A DNA stretch of 54,334 nt, from NCBI GenBank assembly GCA_002269645.1, contig NIVC01002339.1, positions 1-54,334 on the forward strand, written 5' to 3'. Under the pieces are notes generated by a model. The model was given only the letters and a program-made list of their open reading frames with translations. It ran no database searches and was not told where the DNA came from. The stretch is from Macrostomum lignano. Taxonomy: Eukaryota. Below are positions 50,227 through 54,334 of the stretch, piece after piece. The position numbers and the translations under genes are program-made. How positions within the stretch are numbered: position 1 is the stretch's first letter; every line of letters starts with the position of its first letter.

Positions 50227-50430
50227 ATGGGTAATCGAACAACATGTTCGCGTGCAAAGCACGATAATAATTTAATAAAAAAACAATCAGAAAAAGTTAA
50301 AAAAGCTGAAGATAATTACGAACTAGAACTAGCAAAATTAAGGCAGTTACAAGCTGATAAAATAAGAAAGGAATTGTTAAAACCCACACCTACGAAACTA
50401 ACTAAAACCAAGAGTTTTTCAGGAACATAA
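50227..50430 (+). CDS. Small basic hypothetical protein (67 aa)
   Basis: TAAAAATG start at 50227; coiled-coil-like; contains an in-frame double-hairpin element. Confidence 0.5.
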   Translation: MGNRTTCSRAKHDNNLIKKQSEKVKKAEDNYELELAKLRQLQADKIRKELLKPTPTKLTKTKSFSGT

Positions 50431-50431
50431 A

Positions 50432-50872
50432 ATGACCATGACGTGGGATGATTTTAAACAAAGATATGGAACGGACACAACAAGCAATATCGAATTAACA
50501 AATTGGGCGAGGCAGTTAAAAATAAAACCATTCAGATGTGTTATGCGGGATGAGATAAAAGACTTACCACAATATGGATGTTTCATTGTTAATATTGAAA
50601 CAACAAAAGAAAATGGTGTTCATTGGTCAGCAGTTTATTCCAAACCTAAACTTGTTTATTTTTTTGATTCATATGCGCTTCCTCCGTTACAGGAAATAAA
50701 AGACAAATTTAATCATACTAAAAATCGTTTATGTGGAGATCATCACGAACAATTTCAAACCTTTGATAAAAGTTATTGCGGGCAAGCGGCGTTGTATTTT
50801 TTATATCGACTTTCGAATGAAGCTCGTGTAAACCCCGAAGTATTTAAGATGATTTTAGACTCTATAAAATAG
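50432..50872 (+). CDS. Adenain-like cysteine protease (capsid maturation)
   Basis: IVNI...GVHW, YFFDSY, QFQ...YCG: His-Asp-Gln-Cys arrangement. Confidence 0.92.
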   Translation: MTMTWDDFKQRYGTDTTSNIELTNWARQLKIKPFRCVMRDEIKDLPQYGCFIVNIETTKENGVHWSAVYSKPKLVYFFDSYALPPLQEIKDKFNHTKNRLCGDHHEQFQTFDKSYCGQAALYFLYRLSNEARVNPEVFKMILDSIK

Positions 50873-50882
50873 ACAGTAAAAA

Positions 50883-52922
50883 ATGTTATTTTCTGGAACA
50901 CCCTCATGGAACGGAACATCAAGTACTGGTGGTGGTACTTCTGGTGGAATAAGTGTTACATTCGGAGATAACCGATATATTAATGAAGATGAAGGTTATA
51001 AAAAAAGTGAAGTTGATACTAAACTAAATTTAAAAAGAAATGTTGCAGATTCCTATACCAAAACTCAAATAGATAATTCCCTAAATTTAAAACGGAACGT
51101 AGCCGATTCATATACAAAAACAGAGGTTGACAATGGGTTAAATTTAAAAAGAGATATAACTGATTCTTATTCTCGAACTCAAATAGATGATTCATTAAAT
51201 TTAAAACGCAATACGGCCGATTCTTATACCAAAACCGAAGTTGATAATTCCCTAAATTTAAAACGGAATGTTGCTGATTCCTATACCAAAACTGAAGTTG
51301 ATAATTCCCTAAATTTAAAAAGAGATATAACTGATTCCTATACCAAAACCGAAGTTGATAATTCCCTAAATTTAAAAAGAGATATAACTGATTCTTATAG
51401 CAAAACTGAAGTTGATAATTCCTTAAATTTAAAAAGAGATATAACTGATTCCTATACCAAAACGGAGGTTGATAATTTAGTTGGGGTGGAGCCCCAAAAC
51501 AAGATCGATTCCAAACGGTTGAAACTGGTCACATACCTACCATGGCAGATTGGAGTGGAAATGGTTTTGCAATAACCGCAAGCACTGCATTTAATACAAC
51601 TGATTTTGCAAGTTGGAAAGCGTTTGATGGAAATGATTCAACAGATTGGGCAACAAATAATACTCAAACCGATTATTGGATTCAAGTCCAATGCCCTTCC
51701 GCAATAATGTGTTATAAAATTGATTTACGTGTAGGCCATCACCTTCAACCGAGCACCAGCATCATGGCGATTTGAGGGAAGTAATGACAATACAAGTTGG
51801 GACGTATTAATACCTGCGGATAGTTCTGTAGCAATAAATAACTCAACTCAAACAATTAATGTCACACAAAATTTTGATAAAACATATTCATATTTCAGAT
51901 TGTTCTGTCTTACATCAACCTCGGGTTCAACCAACCCGGGTCTGTCAACCTTCCAGATTTATAGACAGACGTTTACAATTCTTGATTTAAATTTGGGAGT
52001 GGTTAATCAATCAATTGATATGGGAGGTAATACAATTACTAATATCTCTACTATAAACAATAACAGTTCTGTTGTTACTAAAGGTTATGTTGATACGCGA
52101 GTAACACAAACGGCGGATGGCCGAATGTCTTTTAACGATAAAATAAAATTGGATGGAATACCTGCAATCGATGCCGCTTTGTACGAGCCTGTAATTTGCA
52201 ATTGGACTGGATATCAAAACCCAACCACAGCCGGTGATATTTTTCCAACTGGAAGTTTTGTTGGTAGCGCTACTTATATTGATTATCAAAATGGAGCTAG
52301 AATTACTGATGAAGCAAGTGGTCAGTCTGGAGCGTTGCAATTTAATTTCACCCATTTTCGTAATATCTCCGCCTCCTTCTATTTCCGAGTTGCTAATGCT
52401 ACAGGAAGTGGTGCTGATGCGGTTTGGTTTTATGCATATTGTCACGAACGTCCAACAAGTGAATTTGGATCCGGGTTAACAACCCGCGCCGGCTTGATTG
52501 TGTTTGCGAGTGAATGGCATGATAGAGTTGGGTTGTTTGGAGCAATATAAAATCAGACGGTGCAACAGCTCGTAATGATGTTCTTAATGACGCAGATCAA
52601 ACTATAACCTATGCTAATATTGATAACGGCGATTGGCATCTTTTTGAAATTAATATTTTAAATCAAAGAGTTTGGTATCAAATAAGCACATACAATGTAT
52701 CAGCTAATACATATACGCTAATTGGCAAAACTTTTTTACATATGATAGTGGAACTTGGGGAGATTTAGATAAAACGGGAACTCTTATGGGTTTTGGTGCT
52801 CGAACTGGAGGAGCAGATGCCGCACATTTTATTCGTGGGCAGCCGTTTGTGGTAGCACATCAGCAGGATATGATTTTGCTGCGACCGCATATTTGGAACG
52901 GCCACAAACCGAAATACCTTAA
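50883..52922 (+). CDS. Fiber/receptor-binding-like protein: 18-aa repeat shaft, F5/8C-like domain, fiber motif, L-type lectin-like head; about five frameshifts
   Basis: About nine KR(N/D)xxDSYTKTEVDNSLNL repeats; WKAFDG...WIQVQCP...WRFEGSND...YSYFRL; IDMGGNTITNI...VTKGYVD; GADAVWF...WHLFEI...GFGARTGGADAAH. Confidence 0.75.
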
Positions 52923-53141
52923 ATATTTCTATATAAAATGGCTTTTAGTAGAACTCCATCGATGCGGCAAAATAATGTTATATTCCTATTCCTAAACAAG
53001 AATCAAATATAAAAACATTCAAATCTCATACCAAATTTTTATTTAGTACTGTAAATGTTCAGGATAAAAGAAGCTTCAAGAATTAATTAAGTTATTAAAA
53101 AATCATATTATACTTCAAGAGTTTTGGAAAATAGGATTTAA

Positions 53142-53909
53142 ATGGGAGAAAAAAGAAAGAATAACTCCAATACAATACCTATTAAGCTCGGGACAAATCC
53201 CCAAAGAGCGTGGGGAATTCATTGGTGCTATTAAAAATAGACGAGAATGTCGGTATCTGAAGCAGATAAATGGGAACGCGACCGGTTCAACCAACGTAAA
53301 AGGTCAGATGTTAGTAATGTTGATCGAATAAATATGATTATGATTTATATGCTAAAAAAGTAAGAAGAGTTTCAAACCATATAAGAAATATGGATTTTTT
53401 CAATATTGGATTTGGAAGCTTATCAATGTTATGTGTAATCGTTTTAGGTATTTTACAATCCATTCCAACTCTTAATTTATCTCAATTATTTTTAGGTATT
53501 TCAATTGGCTCAATATCAGGTTTTGAAATGATCAGAAACTTATCAATACTTTTAGCAATTAAATTATATCTTAAAAAACGAAAGCAAAAATATAAATCTT
53601 TAAGAGATGTTGCCAAGCAATATAAAAATCAATTATATTTATATGTGCAAAAAATATTGGATGACGGAGAGATAACGATTCATGAATTATCAACCGCGGT
53701 TGAATTATATGAAAAATATTTAAAAGATAGAAATAGAATTTTTAGATGTTGAAACTTTTACCGATATGGAATTAAAAGGTTTGGACTCGATAACCCAAAG
53801 CTCCACCTATAGAAACATTAGGCATTTACGAACCTGAAACTATTGCTACTGGGGCACAAAGCCGCAGCGTCAGGAGTGGCGGTAGAACTTCAGGTTGTTT
53901 AGTTTTCTA
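53142..53909 (+). pseudogene. Polinton membrane-associated protein, frameshifted (core ORF 53390-53752)
   Basis: Two hydrophobic segments then K-rich KYKSLRDVAKQ...KILDDGEITIHEL...YEKY, a pattern common in Maverick accessory ORFs. Flanking frames are broken. Confidence 0.5.
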
Positions 53910-54334
53910 ATGGCATATGTTATATATTCTTCCCAAAGTGTAACTCTCTTCTGATTCTAGGTTTAAATTTTTTATCAATACATAAAAATTCCAATGACTT
54001 TTTCAATAACATTTCGTTAGGTATGTTACCTATCCTTATAAACTTTGTATTCTCGAATAAGAAAATTGAAATAATATCCAACTAAAATTAAAATCCTTTC
54101 AGAGTCTTTCGAACTTAATCCCTTTCCTTTATTTAAATGGAAAAAGTTATTATATAAATAAACATTATTTCCGGGGAATTAAAATTGGATCAGAAATGTC
54201 TCTTGTAAATTTCTTAAAATTGTGTTTTAAAATAGTAATATGAGTTTTCAATCTTTTTTGTTTGTTTTTTCAAATTGATATATTTTAGAAACAATGAATA
54301 ACACATATGATATATATCTCCGTTTGCTGTTTGC

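Larger units (their letters stand above)
43234..54334. mobile_element. Polinton/Maverick (adintovirus-like) endogenous DNA virus, left portion; continues past the window end
   Basis: AGTAGT terminus, abrupt switch to AT-rich gene-dense DNA, rve integrase, A32 ATPase, DJR capsid, penton, adenain-like protease, PLA2. Confidence 0.93.

Noticed and set aside
53912-54334. Possible start of pPolB at the window edge
   Set aside because: No exonuclease or polymerase motifs recognisable, and the frames are interrupted.

Overview
Eukaryotic, invertebrate-looking nuclear DNA. A repeat-rich flatworm such as Macrostomum is plausible, but that is inference only. Bases 1-43.2 kb are host sequence: a five-exon SCAF4/SCAF8-like gene (minus strand, CID + RRM) with three introns filled by different minisatellites, two intronless DEG/ENaC paralogs, and a secreted lectin/LamG-like gene. 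The same region holds a full-length Ty3/Gypsy element (LTRs, 5-bp TSD), LINE, SINE and Gypsy fragments, and a deleted Tc1 element with two related MITEs. From about 43.23 kb to the window end lies an AT-rich Polinton/Maverick (adintovirus-like) endogenous virus: major and minor capsid, A32-like ATPase, adenain-like protease, fiber/lectin protein, HNH nuclease and a PLA2-integrase ORF. No pPolB is seen inside the window. The main discovery is a structurally complete 331-nt subgroup IC1-like group I intron (45273-45603, minus) in the Ca-binding loop of the viral PLA2-integrase gene. Removing it restores one 424-aa ORF. A free-standing HNH nuclease gene sits next to it, and ~30-bp double-hairpin elements occur in both the viral genes and the intron. 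Many ORFs carry single-base frameshifts that could be assembly errors. All calls are from manual reading; no searches were run.
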